Shown: positions 10,014 to 20,765, numbered from the stretch's first letter. The stretch: DNA of 64,000 bases from Alphaproteobacteria bacterium (GCA_965214705.1 CBDCCI010000001.1:224001-288000), one strand, 5' to 3'. The notes: generated from the letters alone by a model not told the origin. Made by a program: numbers and translations.

Positions 10014-12029
10014 TTAAAGCCGCGCCTTTACCGCTGTGACCATGGCGTCGGCTGTGATGCCGAAGTGGGCGTAGAGGTCCTTGGCCGGCGCCGAGCCGCC
10101 AAAACTCCGCATCCCGACGACTGTGCCGCAGGCGCCTACGTAGCGCTCCCAGCCGAGGGGGCACGCCGCCTCTACCGCGACCCGCACCGCTTCTGAGCCG
10201 CCCAGCACGCTCTCGCGGTAGGCGGGCTCCTGCTCGTCGAACAGCTCCCAGCAGGGAAGCGAGACCAGCCGTGTCGCCACGCCATCCGCCTCCAGCACCT
10301 GCCGTGCCTCGTCGGCGATCGCGCATTCCGATCCCGTGGCGAGCAGCACGACCTCGGGCGTCCCCGACGACGCCTCGCGCAGCACGTAGCCGCCCCGCGC
10401 ACAGGCATTATCGCCATCGTCGCCCTCGCCGCGCAGATAGGGCACCCCCTGTCGCGTGAGCGCGAGAACCGAAGGGCGTTCGGCGTTGACCAGGGCGAGC
10501 TCCCAGCATTCTGCCGTCTCGATGGCATCGGCGGGCCGGAAGAGAAGCAGGTTGGGCATGGCCCGCAGGCTGGCTAAGTGCTCGATCGGCTGATGGGTCG
10601 GTCCGTCCTCCCCGAGGCCGATGGAATCGTGGGTCATCACGTAGATGACGCGGAGCTCCATGAGCGCGGAAAGCCGGATCGCCGGCCGGCAGTAGTCGGT
10701 GAAGGTGAGGAAGGTGCCGCCGAAGGGGATGACCCCGCCGTGCAGCGCCATGCCGTTCATCACCGCGCCCATGGCGTGCTCGCGCACCCCGTAATAGAGG
10801 TAGCGGCCGCCGTAGTCGCCGGACGTGATCGGCGTGAGTTCGTCGCTCTTGGTGCCGTTGGATCCGGTGAGGTCGGCCGAGCCTCCAATGAGGGACGGCA
10901 AGGCGTCGGCGATGGCGCCGATGACCCGCTTGTTGGCGACCCTGGTGGCGATGGTGGGGCGCTCCTCGGCAAGCGTGGCCTTCAGGCCTGCGAGAGCCTC
11001 CGCGAGTGCCGGTGGCAGCGCGCCCGAGGCGGCGCCGTCGAACTCGGCCCGGCGGCCCTCGTCGAGGGCGGCGCGCCGCGCCTCCCAGGCCTCGCGCGCC
11101 TCCTTGCCCCGCTGGCCAAGGGCGCGCCAGGCGGCAAGGACTGCGTCGGGCACCGTGAAGGGCGCGTGCGGCCAGCCCAACGCCTCGCGGGTGCCCGCGA
11201 TCTCGTCAGGCCCAAGCGGCGCGCCGTGGCTCGCGGCAGTACCGGCCTTGGTCGGCGCGCCGTAGCCGATCACCGTGCGGCACTCGATCATCGAGGGCCG
11301 GGGCTCGGCTTTGGCTGCGGCGATGGCCGCCGCCACCGCGTCAGGATCGTGGCCGTCAATGCGTTGCGTGTGCCAGCCGGCGGACTCGAAGCGCGCCCGG
11401 GCGTCGTCGGAGCAGGAGAGACTGGTGGGGCCGTCGATGGAGATGTCGTTCGAATCGTAGAGCACGATCAGGCGGTCCAGCTTCAGGTGGCCGGCGAGGG
11501 AGATCGCCTCCTGGCTGATGCCTTCCATCAGGCAGCCGTCGCCGCAGACGACATAGGTGTGGTGGTCCACGAGATCGCTGCCGAAGCGGGCAGCCATGTT
11601 GCGCTCCGCCAAGGCCATGCCGACCGCGTTTGCGAGACCCTGGCCCAGCGGGCCGGTCGTGGTCTCGATCCCGGCGGCGAGGCCGTACTCCGGATGGCCC
11701 GCGGTGCGGCTGCCGAGCTGGCGGAAGTTGCGGATTTCGTCGATGTCGATGTCCGGATACCCGGTGAGATAGAGCAGCGAATAGAGGAGCATTGAGCCGT
11801 GACCGTTCGAGAGCACGAAGCGGTCCCGGTCGGGCCAGTCGGGGTGTGCGGGATCGAACTTGAGGAACTGGCCGAAGAGCACGGTCGCGACGTCGGCAAG
11901 GCCGAGCGGCATGCCGGGATGGCCGGAGCGGGCTTGCTCCACCGCATCCATCGAAAGGGCGCGAATGGCGTTCGCCATGTCCGCGTGATCGACGCGCGGT
12001 GCGCGCCCTTCAGCCATTGTGGAAGGCAT
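10014..12029 (-). CDS. tkt: Transketolase
   Basis: [30 protein letters not shown]. Confidence 0.98.
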   Translation of the reverse strand: MPSTMAEGRAPRVDHADMANAIRALSMDAVEQARSGHPGMPLGLADVATVLFGQFLKFDPAHPDWPDRDRFVLSNGHGSMLLYSLLYLTGYPDIDIDEIRNFRQLGSRTAGHPEYGLAAGIETTTGPLGQGLANAVGMALAERNMAARFGSDLVDHHTYVVCGDGCLMEGISQEAISLAGHLKLDRLIVLYDSNDISIDGPTSLSCSDDARARFESAGWHTQRIDGHDPDAVAAAIAAAKAEPRPSMIECRTVIGYGAPTKAGTAASHGAPLGPDEIAGTREALGWPHAPFTVPDAVLAAWRALGQRGKEAREAWEARRAALDEGRRAEFDGAASGALPPALAEALAGLKATLAEERPTIATRVANKRVIGAIADALPSLIGGSADLTGSNGTKSDELTPITSGDYGGRYLYYGVREHAMGAVMNGMALHGGVIPFGGTFLTFTDYCRPAIRLSALMELRVIYVMTHDSIGLGEDGPTHQPIEHLASLRAMPNLLLFRPADAIETAECWELALVNAERPSVLALTRQGVPYLRGEGDDGDNACARGGYVLREASSGTPEVVLLATGSECAIADEARQVLEADGVATRLVSLPCWELFDEQEPAYRESVLGGSEAVRVAVEAACPLGWERYVGACGTVVGMRSFGGSAPAKDLYAHFGITADAMVTAVKARL

Positions 12030-12119
12030 GGGCTTCCGTCCTGTGCCGCGCCGTCGCGCCGAAAAGTGCGCGCAACATGCCCCCCGCCGGGGTGAGCGTC
12101 AACCGCGCGCTCGCGGGGC

Positions 12120-12656
12120 TCAGAACGAGGAGTTGGGGGTCTTGAGGAAGGCGATTTCCTCGGCCGTGGAGGGGCGCGAGAGCGCCTTGTTGCGGTGCGG
12201 ATAACGCCCGAAACGGTCGATGATCGCCTTGTGCTGCAGCTCGTATTTCAGGCTCTCGGGATCGCCCAAGGATTCGAAGAGGGTGACGGCGATTTCATGG
12301 ATGCGGGGCGATTCGCTGTGCTCGTAGGGCAGGTAGAAGAAGTGCCGGCGCTCCAGCGGCAGCGCCTTGTCGGCGCCGATGCGCACCGCCTCTTGCGCCA
12401 GAGCGAGCGCCATGCCGTCGCAGGCAAAGGCGCGCGGGTCCTCGCGGTAGAGGTTTCGGGAGAACTGGTCGAGCACGATGATTTCGGCGAGGCGGCCCTC
12501 CGGCGCCTCGCGCCATTCGTGCAGCTCGCCGAGCGCTGCGCTGGCGTGGAGGACGCCGAACTCGGTGCGGATCGCCTCGTCGAAGGCGGGGTCCTTGGCC
12601 CACCACTGATCGGGGCCGTGGCGTTCGAACCAGAAGGAGAGGACTTGCTCCATCAT
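12120..12656 (-). CDS. DUF924 family protein
   Basis: IIVLDQFSRN, YLPYEHSE, IIDRFGRYPHRN. Confidence 0.9.
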   Translation of the reverse strand: MMEQVLSFWFERHGPDQWWAKDPAFDEAIRTEFGVLHASAALGELHEWREAPEGRLAEIIVLDQFSRNLYREDPRAFACDGMALALAQEAVRIGADKALPLERRHFFYLPYEHSESPRIHEIAVTLFESLGDPESLKYELQHKAIIDRFGRYPHRNKALSRPSTAEEIAFLKTPNSSF

Positions 12657-12663
12657 CTCTTCT

Positions 12664-13437
12664 TTACTCCAGGTTGCCGGAGACTAGCGTTCGTGCCTGC
12701 TCGAGCTGCGCAGGGGTATCGACGCCGAGCGGGACCGTGTCCACGAACGCGACCTCGATACGCATCCCGTCCTCGAGCGCGCGAAGCTGCTCCAGCCGCT
12801 CGCGGCGCTCGAGCGGGCTCGGCGGGAGCGCGACGAAGCGGGCGAGAGCCTCGCGCCGGTAGGCGTAAAGGCCGATATGGTGCCAGAGCGGGCCTTCGCC
12901 CGAGGGCGCGGTCGCGCGAGTGAAATAGAGCGCCCGGCTGTGCGTCTCCCCAAGCCGGTGCGAGACCACGGCCTTCACCACGCTGGGATCGTCGCGCTCC
13001 GCCGGGTCGACGATCTCTGCCGCGAGCGTGCCGATATCGACCGCAGGGTCCGCCAGGAGCGCGAGCGCGCGCGCCGGCAAAGCCGGGTCGAGGGTGGGCA
13101 GATCGCCCTGCAGGTTGACCACCGCGTCGTGTTCGCCCGCCGGGTCTACAGCCTGCAGCGCCTCGAATATCCGGTCGGAGCCGGACGGGTGATCGGGGTC
13201 GGTCAATACCGAGCGCCCGTCGGCGGCCTCGACCGCGTCGGCGATGGCGGGCTCGGCGCAGGCGACCACCACGGGGCCGATCGCCGCTGCACGCGCCCTC
13301 TCCAGCACGTGCACGATCATCGGCCGGCCGGCGATGTCGGCGAGCGGCTTGCCGGGGAGTCGCGTCGAAGCCATGCGCGCCGGGATCAGCACGACGGGGT
13401 TCCGGGGCGGCGGGCGCGTGGCGGCCGAGGCGCTCAT
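12664..13437 (-). CDS. kdsB: 3-deoxy-manno-octulosonate cytidylyltransferase
   Basis: [38 protein letters not shown]. Confidence 0.96.
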   Translation of the reverse strand: MSASAATRPPPRNPVVLIPARMASTRLPGKPLADIAGRPMIVHVLERARAAAIGPVVVACAEPAIADAVEAADGRSVLTDPDHPSGSDRIFEALQAVDPAGEHDAVVNLQGDLPTLDPALPARALALLADPAVDIGTLAAEIVDPAERDDPSVVKAVVSHRLGETHSRALYFTRATAPSGEGPLWHHIGLYAYRREALARFVALPPSPLERRERLEQLRALEDGMRIEVAFVDTVPLGVDTPAQLEQARTLVSGNLE

Positions 13438-13627
13438 CCGCCTCCCCTCGCCCGCATGTCCATCTCAGTTTGCACCGTCATTCGTGAGCGAGATAAGGCG
13501 CCGGACGGCTCTTGTCGAGGACGATAGTCGATGAGCCGGAGGATGGTTGGACATGGCCGGTTGAAGCGGCTAATCTCGCGCCCCGTCGGCTTTCGACGAC
13601 CCGGTTTCATCCACCCCAGCGGTCGGC

Positions 13628-14194
13628 ATGAACACTTACGAGCTGAACAAAATCTTCGGCGCGGTTCTCTTCGCGGGCTTGACCGCGATGACGGCGTGGC
13701 TCATCTCGCTCGCCGCCTTCGGTAAACTCGAACATGGCCACCATGAACGGGTGGTCCACTACGTGGTCGCGGGCCTTGAGCAGGACGACGCCATGCACGA
13801 CGAGGCCGTGGCGGACGAACCAGAGATGCCGGCGATGTCACTGGCCGAGCTGCTGGCCGATGCCGACCCCGCCAAGGGGCAGAAGGTCTTCAAGAAGTGC
13901 GCCGCCTGTCATACCGTCGACGACGGCGGCAAGAACAAGGTCGGCCCCAATCTCTGGAACATCGTGAACCGGCCGATCGCGACCCACGAGGGCTTCAACT
14001 ACTCCGGCGCCATGGCGGAGTTGGAGGGGGTTTGGGACTGGGAGCGCCTGAGTGCCTTCATCGCCGACCCCAAGGGCAACGTGCCGGGCACCAAGATGGC
14101 CTTCAAGGGAGTCTCCAAGGACGGCGATCGCGGAAACGTGCTCGCCTATCTCCGCTCCCTCAGCACCGAGCCTGCGGAGCTGCCGACCGAATAG
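13628..14194 (+). CDS. cycM: Membrane-anchored cytochrome c (CycM/c2 family)
   Basis: N-terminal ELNKI plus TM helix, CAACH heme motif, VGPNL, PGTKM; divergent from kdsB as in other alphaproteobacteria. Confidence 0.88.
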   Translation: MNTYELNKIFGAVLFAGLTAMTAWLISLAAFGKLEHGHHERVVHYVVAGLEQDDAMHDEAVADEPEMPAMSLAELLADADPAKGQKVFKKCAACHTVDDGGKNKVGPNLWNIVNRPIATHEGFNYSGAMAELEGVWDWERLSAFIADPKGNVPGTKMAFKGVSKDGDRGNVLAYLRSLSTEPAELPTE

Positions 14195-14219
14195 GCCGCG
14201 CGCCGCGGCCCCCTACCCT

Positions 14220-14999
14220 TTACCCAGTTTGAATCAGGCGATAGCGGTCTGCCTCCAGCACGAGGCAGGTCAGCACATTTGTCGCGAAGGCGCCCGTGTC
14301 GATGCCGATGCGGTTGGGGCAGACCTGCGCTTCGTTTGTGATCGTGTGGCCGTGCACCACCACATGGCCGTGATCTGCGTTGGAGTGCAGGAAGGCGTCG
14401 CGAATCCAATAGAAGTCGTCTGCGGCCTGCTCGGCGAGCGGCACACCGGGCCGAATGCCGGCGTGGACGAAGAGATAGCCGCCAATCTCGCGATAGGGTT
14501 CGAGTTCGCGCAGGAAGGCGCGGTGGGACGCGGGAAGCGCCGTCGCGAGGTCCGCCTGCAGCACCCGGAGCCGCATCGGGTCATCCTCGCCGCCCGCCGC
14601 CCGCACTCCGTAGCTCGCGAGCGTCTCCACCCCGCCGCAATAGAGCCAGCTCGGCCCGACGGACATATCGGAGCGGAAACTCTCGAACCAGTCCTCATGG
14701 TTGCCGCGCAGGTACACCCGCGCGAAATCGGGCAGCGGCTGCTCCAACAGAAAATCGATGACCCCGCGCGACTCAGGCCCTCGGTCCACGTAATCGCCCA
14801 GGAACACCACGGTGGAGCGTAAGGGCGGCAGGCTACACTGCTCCTCCTCGATCGCTTCGACCAGCATGTGCAGTAGGTCGAGGCGGCCGTGAATATCGCC
14901 GATGGCGTAGACCCGCTCGCCCTCGGGCACCTGTGCCGGGGCAGGGTGCCAGTCCGAGCGCCGAATCGACGCCACACGCCGCCTCAGGGAGAACCGCAT
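14220..14999 (-). CDS. Calcineurin-like metallophosphoesterase (Ser/Thr protein phosphatase family)
   Basis: GDIHG, GDYVDRG, GNHE, VHAG, HGHT, IDTGA motifs. Confidence 0.9.
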   Translation of the reverse strand: MRFSLRRRVASIRRSDWHPAPAQVPEGERVYAIGDIHGRLDLLHMLVEAIEEEQCSLPPLRSTVVFLGDYVDRGPESRGVIDFLLEQPLPDFARVYLRGNHEDWFESFRSDMSVGPSWLYCGGVETLASYGVRAAGGEDDPMRLRVLQADLATALPASHRAFLRELEPYREIGGYLFVHAGIRPGVPLAEQAADDFYWIRDAFLHSNADHGHVVVHGHTITNEAQVCPNRIGIDTGAFATNVLTCLVLEADRYRLIQTG

Positions 15000-15033
15000 G
15001 GCTATAGTGTCCGGATGCTTGTTATGGCCGCGC

Positions 15034-15591
15034 CTAGAGCCATCCACGCTCCTGATAGTAGCGCGCGGCGCCGGGATGCAGGGGCGCCGAGAGCCTCTCC
15101 AGCATCGCCGTGGGATCCAGGCCGTCGAGCGCTGGATGCGCGCTCCGCAACACGTCGAGTGCCTCGAACACGGTTCTCACCACATCGTAGACGAGATCGT
15201 CGGCGATATCGGCGCCGGTCACGAGCTCTACCGTCTCTGGGGTCAGGCGGAAGACGGCCCGCAGGTCCGCCACTGGCTCGCCCTCCCACGCGCCTGAGCC
15301 GACGACGGCCTCGTGAACGCCCTCGGATTGGGCAAAGCCGAACTCCATCAGGCCTATATCGATCGCGCGAACGATGAAGACCGACCCCGGCGCCGTACGC
15401 GCCATGCAGCCGTACTTGTCGCCGGCACGTTCGTCCACCAGAGCGCAAATCTGGCGCGCCGCGTGGGTGGGAACGCTGTCCTCCGCGCCGCCGCCGATCA
15501 GGATGATCTGCGTTGCCTTGGCATAAGGCACTGCACCAACGAGCAGCACCACCGCGATCGCCGTGCCGAGCACCATCCGGCGTACCAGCAT
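15034..15591 (-). CDS. TAXI-family TRAP solute-binding protein homologue, internally shortened (one lobe)
   Basis: Signal peptide, GSV...FGFAQS, DLRAVF and C-terminal APLHPGAARYYQERG are TAXI-like, but the protein is only 185 aa. Confidence 0.75.
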   Translation of the reverse strand: MLVRRMVLGTAIAVVLLVGAVPYAKATQIILIGGGAEDSVPTHAARQICALVDERAGDKYGCMARTAPGSVFIVRAIDIGLMEFGFAQSEGVHEAVVGSGAWEGEPVADLRAVFRLTPETVELVTGADIADDLVYDVVRTVFEALDVLRSAHPALDGLDPTAMLERLSAPLHPGAARYYQERGWL

Positions 15592-15633
15592 CGGCCCCTG
15601 TTTCCCCGCAATCCCGCGACGGTCTCGCGCGGC

Positions 15634-16209
15634 CTACTTGACGAGGCGGGAGACCGCCTTGAACTCCGGCGTGCCCGCAACCTCCAGCCACTCGAACAAC
15701 GCCATCTCGGTGGTCACGCAAGAGACGCCCATCGCCCCGAACCTGGTCAGCGCGGCGTCCTTGCTGGCGGGTGCGCGCGAGCCGCAGGCGTCGGCGACGA
15801 TATGGATTGTGTAGCCCTGCGCGTCGAGGTCGGCGGCGGTCTGCATCACACAGACATGGCTTTCGACACCGCAGATCACGATGTGATCGCGCCCCGCGGC
15901 CCGGAACCCGTCGAGTTGAAAAGCGAAGTCGTGATTGCGCGCGGCGCTGAAGGTCATCTTCTCGACGACCGTGGCATCGTTGGGAAGCCGGCCTGCGATG
16001 GCGTCGACGGTGGGGCCGAGGCCCTTGGGATACTGCTCCGTCACGACCACCGGCACCTCGAGCTGCCGCGATGCCTCGATCAGGACGCCGGCCGCGCGCG
16101 TCACCGCCTCGCTCTCCGCGATCACCGGCATCAGCCGCTCCTGCATGTCGATGACGACCAGGGCCGAACGGTCCCGTTGCAGTAATTCGGGGCTTAGCTG
16201 CCGTGTCAT
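15634..16209 (-). CDS. Isochorismatase-family hydrolase (YcaC/ISOC-like)
   Basis: VIDMQERL, TEQYPKGLGPT, EKMTFS, GVESHVCVMQT. Confidence 0.9.
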   Translation of the reverse strand: MTRQLSPELLQRDRSALVVIDMQERLMPVIAESEAVTRAAGVLIEASRQLEVPVVVTEQYPKGLGPTVDAIAGRLPNDATVVEKMTFSAARNHDFAFQLDGFRAAGRDHIVICGVESHVCVMQTAADLDAQGYTIHIVADACGSRAPASKDAALTRFGAMGVSCVTTEMALFEWLEVAGTPEFKAVSRLVK

Positions 16210-16352
16210 TGCGCGCAGTCCCATCGCTTCATCACTGTGCCGGAACGGTGGCGCAAGCGAACGCCGGCCGCAACCCTGCGCAGGTCGTGGGGCGCTGGCG
16301 TGCCGCCCGTTCGCGGTGATAGGGTCCGCGCACCGGAAGGGGAACGCAGACC

Positions 16353-17519
16353 GTGTCAAAAGGCCACGCCAACGCAGTACGAACCTGGGGCACCGTCTGG
16401 ACCCTGCTCGCGATGGCAGCGCTTTGCCTCGGCGCGGCCGAGCCGCTGGCAGCGGCCGAACGGCTCGGCACGTACACGACTGACAAGCAGCGCTTCCATC
16501 TGGTCAAGGTAACGGACGGGCTGGAGCATCCCTGGGGCCTCGCCTTCCTGCCCGACGGGCGGATGCTGGTGACCGAGCGCCCCGGCAGGCTCCGTATCGT
16601 CGATGGCGGCAAACTCGTGGCCGAACCGGTCTCAGGCGTGCCTGAGGTGTGGGCGGACGGCCAAGGCGGGCTGCTCGACGTGGCCCTGCACCCGGACTTT
16701 GCCGAGAACGGCCTCGTTTACCTCTCCTACGCGAGTCCTGACGACGATGACGAGGCCGCTACTGCGGTCGCGCGCGGCCGGCTCGTCGGCGACCGCCTGG
16801 GGGACGCGGAAGAGATCTACGTTGCCCTGCCACGCGACGATAACGGCCGACACTTCGGCTCGCGCCTGGTCTTCGCCGACGGTTACCTCTTCGTCACCGC
16901 CGGCGATCGGGGCGATTCAGACCGTGCCCAGGAGCTGGACGACCCGGCGGGCAGCATCATTCGCCTCCACGACGACGGGAGCGTGCCGGACGACAACCCC
17001 TTCGTCGGGATTGCCGGCGCGCGGCCCGAACTCTACTCCGTCGGCCACCGCAATCCCCAGGGCATGACGCGCGAGGCGGCGACAGGCCGAATCTACGCCA
17101 TCGAGCACGGGCCCAAGGGCGGCGACGAGCTGAACCTGATCGAGCCGGGCGTGAACTACGGCTGGCCGGTGATCACCTATGGCAAGAGTTACATGGGCTT
17201 CAAGATCGGCGAGGGCACCCACAAGGAAGGCATGGCCCAGCCGGTGCACTACTGGGTGCCGTCCATCTCCCCGTCCGGGCTGATGATCTACGACGCGGAC
17301 CGCTTCCCCGCCTGGCGCGGGAGCTTCTTCGCCGGCGCTCTCTCGGGCGAGCTCCTGGTGCGCCTGGAGGTCGCGGGCAGCAGGGTCGTGGTGGAGGAGC
17401 GCATGCTCGAAGACCTGGAAGAGCGCTTCCGCGACGTGCGCCAAGGGCCGGACGGCCTCATCTACCTGCTCACCGACCACCCCGATGGCATGCTGCTCAG
17501 GCTGGAGCCGGCGGACTGA
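16353..17519 (+). CDS. PQQ-dependent aldose sugar dehydrogenase (YliI/GdhB family), exported
   Basis: GLEHPWGLAFLPDG, GQGGLLD, HFGSR, GHRNPQG, EHGPKGGDELN, NYGWP. Confidence 0.92.
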   Translation: MSKGHANAVRTWGTVWTLLAMAALCLGAAEPLAAAERLGTYTTDKQRFHLVKVTDGLEHPWGLAFLPDGRMLVTERPGRLRIVDGGKLVAEPVSGVPEVWADGQGGLLDVALHPDFAENGLVYLSYASPDDDDEAATAVARGRLVGDRLGDAEEIYVALPRDDNGRHFGSRLVFADGYLFVTAGDRGDSDRAQELDDPAGSIIRLHDDGSVPDDNPFVGIAGARPELYSVGHRNPQGMTREAATGRIYAIEHGPKGGDELNLIEPGVNYGWPVITYGKSYMGFKIGEGTHKEGMAQPVHYWVPSISPSGLMIYDADRFPAWRGSFFAGALSGELLVRLEVAGSRVVVEERMLEDLEERFRDVRQGPDGLIYLLTDHPDGMLLRLEPAD

Positions 17520-17527
17520 GCCACAGG

Positions 17528-18703
17528 ATGTCCCAGCCCATGAAGATCACCGCCGTCACGCCGGTCTCGATCGGCCAGTTCCTTTTCGTCGAGATCGAGA
17601 CCGACGCTGGCATCACCGGGCTCGGGGAATCGGGCACCTGGGGGCATCTCGCTGCCTCCCGCGCCGCCATCGAGACCTTCGCCGAACATCTCATGGGAAA
17701 AGACCCAGGACCCATCGAGCGCCACTGGAACCTCATGCACCGCTTCAGCCACTTCCAGGGGGCGGCGATCAACGGCGCCATCGCGGCGATCGACATCGCG
17801 CTCTGGGACATCAAGGGCAAAGCGCTGGGCGTCCCGGTCCACTCCCTCCTCGGCGGCCCGTGCCGGGAGCGAGCGCGTGTCTATGGTCACGCCTACGGCA
17901 AGACAACCGACGAGCTGGTGGAGAACTGCGTCGCCCTCAAGGAGGCCGGCTTCAACGCGGTGGGCCACATCAATCCCTTCCTCGACGAGCGCGAGGACGA
18001 GCCCTTCTTCGCCTCTCACGTGGCCCACATGAGCCGCGCGGTCGAGACCGTGCGCCGGGTGCGCGAGGCGCTCGGCGGCGAGGTCGACATGCTGCTGGAG
18101 CTGCATCGGCGGCTTACCCCGGCCGAAGCCATCGACTTCATCCCGCGCATCGAGCCCTATCTGCCCTACTGGTGCGAGGACCCGATCCGGCCGGAAAACC
18201 CGGACGCCATGGCCGAGGTCGCACGCCGCGTGCACGCGCCGATTGCGACGGGGGAGCGCCACGCCTCGCTCCACGACTTCCGCGCCCTCTTCGCGCGCGA
18301 TGGCGCGGGCTTCGCACGCGTCGACGTCGCGCTCTGCGGTGGCATCACCGGCGCGCGCAAGGTGGCAGCGATGGCCGAGGCCCATCATGTGCTGGTGGCG
18401 CCCCACAACCCGCTCTCGCCATTGGGCCTCGCCGCGTGCCTGCATCTCGCCGCGGCAATTCCCAACTTCGCCATTCAGGAGTACACGACCGGCTTCGAAG
18501 CGCTGAAGATGGAGACCAGTCTCCAGCTCCTCGGCTCGGACGTGATCCTGGGCGTGCCGCCCATGGAGGACGGATTCGTCGCCATCCCCGATGTGCCCGG
18601 CCTCGGCGTGGCAATCGCGCCGGGCGCCGCGGAGGGCCGCCCGCCAATCCAGCGCCCGGTCACCATGCGGGAACACCGCGACGGCTTTGTCGTCGACCAG
18701 TAG
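17528..18703 (+). CDS. Mandelate racemase/galactonate dehydratase-like enolase-superfamily enzyme
   Basis: ETDAGITGLGE, AIDIALWDIKGK, EDP, ATGER, APHNP. Confidence 0.88.
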   Translation: MSQPMKITAVTPVSIGQFLFVEIETDAGITGLGESGTWGHLAASRAAIETFAEHLMGKDPGPIERHWNLMHRFSHFQGAAINGAIAAIDIALWDIKGKALGVPVHSLLGGPCRERARVYGHAYGKTTDELVENCVALKEAGFNAVGHINPFLDEREDEPFFASHVAHMSRAVETVRRVREALGGEVDMLLELHRRLTPAEAIDFIPRIEPYLPYWCEDPIRPENPDAMAEVARRVHAPIATGERHASLHDFRALFARDGAGFARVDVALCGGITGARKVAAMAEAHHVLVAPHNPLSPLGLAACLHLAAAIPNFAIQEYTTGFEALKMETSLQLLGSDVILGVPPMEDGFVAIPDVPGLGVAIAPGAAEGRPPIQRPVTMREHRDGFVVDQ

Positions 18704-20000
18704 CCCGCCGCGCGACGCGCGCGCCGTCGCGGCCCATGCGCTGGGTGCAATCCTGCGCCGGGGCCACACGCTCGACCAAGCACTCGATGCCGCGCCGGGA
18801 TTGGATGCGCTCACGTCACGCGATGCCGCCTTCGCGCGTCTGCTGCTGCTCACGACGCTCCGCCGCATGGGCCAGATCGACGCCTTTCTGGCCAAGCTCA
18901 TGGACCATCCGCTCCCTGCGCGGCGCGGGCCGGTGCAGGACGTGCTGCGCCTCGGAGTCTGCCAGCTCGCCTTCCTCGAAACCCCCGCGCATGCGGCGGT
19001 GGCGAGCACCGTGGCGCTCGCGCACGGATCGCGGCTCGCGCCCTATCGGGGGCTTGTCAACGCGGTCCTGCGCCGCGCCAGCCGCGAGCACAGCGCAATT
19101 GCGGAACTCGACGCGCCCCGACTCAATACCCCCGACTGGCTCTGGGAGAGTTGGTGCTCGGCCTATGGCGAGGCTCGCTGTCGGGTCATCGCCGAGGCCC
19201 ATCTGGGTGAGCCGCCGCTCGACCTCTCGCCGGTCTCTGACGCAGAAGACCGCGTTGAGGCATTGCGCACCACGCTAGGCGCGCAACGTCTGCCCGGAGG
19301 CACGCTCCGGCTGCGCGGCGCCGGCGACGTGACGCGACTCGCCGGCTATGACGCGGGCCAGTGGTGGGTGCAGGATGCGGCGGCGGCGCTGCCGGCACGT
19401 CTGCTCGGCCCGGTCGCCGGCAAACGGGTGTTGGAGATCGGCGCCGCGCCCGGCGGCAAGACCGCCCAGCTCGCCGCCGCCGGCGCACAGGTCATCGCCG
19501 TCGACCGCTCAGCTCCGCGTCTCGCCTGGCTCAAGGAGAACCTCGCCAGGCTCCGCCTCGAAGCCGAGACCGTCGAAGCCGATGCTCTGGAGTGGAGGCC
19601 GCGGGCACAGTCCGACACGGTGCTCCTGGACGCGCCATGCACCGCAACCGGGACCATCCGGCGCCATCCGGACATCCCGCACCTTCGCGGCCCCGCCGAC
19701 GTGGACCGCTTGGCCGACCTGCAAGGCCGGTTGCTTGCCCGCGCGGCCGCCATGGTGGCACCGGGCGGACTCCTGGTGTATGCGAGTTGCTCGCTCCAGC
19801 CCGAGGAATGCGAGCGCCAGGTGGACTCATTTCTCGCTGCGTCGCCCAGCTTCGCGCGCTTTCCGGTGCGCGCGGACGAGCTGCCGGGCCTTCCTGAAGC
19901 CGTCACCACGACCGGCGATCTGCGCACCTTGCCGTGCCATTGGGCGGACGACGGCGGGATGGACGGTTTCTATGCCGCACGCTTGCGGCACCTTCCCTAA
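18687..20000 (+). CDS. rsmB: 16S rRNA m5C methyltransferase RsmB/Sun family with NusB-like N-terminus
   Basis: WWVQDAAA, AAPGGKT, LDAPCTATGTIRRHPD, YASCSL; start uncertain (TTG 18687 overlaps the upstream stop). Confidence 0.85.
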   Translation: MSSTSSPPRDARAVAAHALGAILRRGHTLDQALDAAPGLDALTSRDAAFARLLLLTTLRRMGQIDAFLAKLMDHPLPARRGPVQDVLRLGVCQLAFLETPAHAAVASTVALAHGSRLAPYRGLVNAVLRRASREHSAIAELDAPRLNTPDWLWESWCSAYGEARCRVIAEAHLGEPPLDLSPVSDAEDRVEALRTTLGAQRLPGGTLRLRGAGDVTRLAGYDAGQWWVQDAAAALPARLLGPVAGKRVLEIGAAPGGKTAQLAAAGAQVIAVDRSAPRLAWLKENLARLRLEAETVEADALEWRPRAQSDTVLLDAPCTATGTIRRHPDIPHLRGPADVDRLADLQGRLLARAAAMVAPGGLLVYASCSLQPEECERQVDSFLAASPSFARFPVRADELPGLPEAVTTTGDLRTLPCHWADDGGMDGFYAARLRHLP

Positions 20001-20019
20001 GCTGGTACCAGACCTCGCC

Positions 20020-20751
20020 ATGCAGCAGGAGCTCCGGATCGCAGCGTCCGTTCTGGCGGCTGACTTTTCGTGCCTTGGCGAGGAGGTGCGGGCGGTCTCG
20101 GACGCCGGTGCGGACTGGCTGCACGTCGATGTGATGGACGGGCATTTCGTGCCCAACCTGACCATCGGCGCGGGCGTCGTCGCGGCGCTCAAACCCCACA
20201 GTGCGCGGCCCTTCGACGTGCACCTGATGGTTTCGCCGGTCGATCCCTATGTTGAACCGTTTGCCGAGGCCGGCGCCGACAGCATCACCGTTCACGTCGA
20301 GGCAGGCGCCCACCTGCACCGCACGCTCCAGCGCATCAAGAGCACGGGCAAACGGGCCGGGGTCGCGCTCAATCCAGCGACGCCGGCTCACGCTGTCGAG
20401 CCCGTGCTCGGCGATGTCGATCTCGTTCTGGTGATGTCCGTCAACCCGGGATTCGGCGGCCAGCGGTTCATTCCAAGTCAGCTGGCCAAGATCGAACAAC
20501 TCAGGGCGCTCATCGACGCAAGCGGGCGCGCCATCGACCTCTCCGTCGATGGCGGTGTCGACGAGCACACGGCCGGCCTTGCCTCACGCGCCGGCGCCGA
20601 CGTGCTGGTCGCGGGCTCTGCAAGCTTTGCTGGCGGCCGGGCCGGGTATCGCGGCAATATCGCGCGACTGAGGGCAGCCGGAGAGGCGGGGCGCACGGCC
20701 TCGTGCGGCGCCCGGACGGGGCCGCGCGCAATCGGCGCGGCGACCTCCTAA
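20020..20751 (+). CDS. rpe: Ribulose-phosphate 3-epimerase
   Basis: HVDVMDGHFVPNLT, DVHLM, MSVNPGFGGQ, VDGG. Confidence 0.97.
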   Translation: MQQELRIAASVLAADFSCLGEEVRAVSDAGADWLHVDVMDGHFVPNLTIGAGVVAALKPHSARPFDVHLMVSPVDPYVEPFAEAGADSITVHVEAGAHLHRTLQRIKSTGKRAGVALNPATPAHAVEPVLGDVDLVLVMSVNPGFGGQRFIPSQLAKIEQLRALIDASGRAIDLSVDGGVDEHTAGLASRAGADVLVAGSASFAGGRAGYRGNIARLRAAGEAGRTASCGARTGPRAIGAATS

Positions 20752-20765
20752 CCCCACCCGGCCCC

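Noticed and set aside
18591-18740. rsmB lacking an ATG start, suggesting a pseudogene
   Set aside because: An in-frame TTG at 18687 overlaps the upstream stop, the frame is intact and the catalytic Cys motifs are present.
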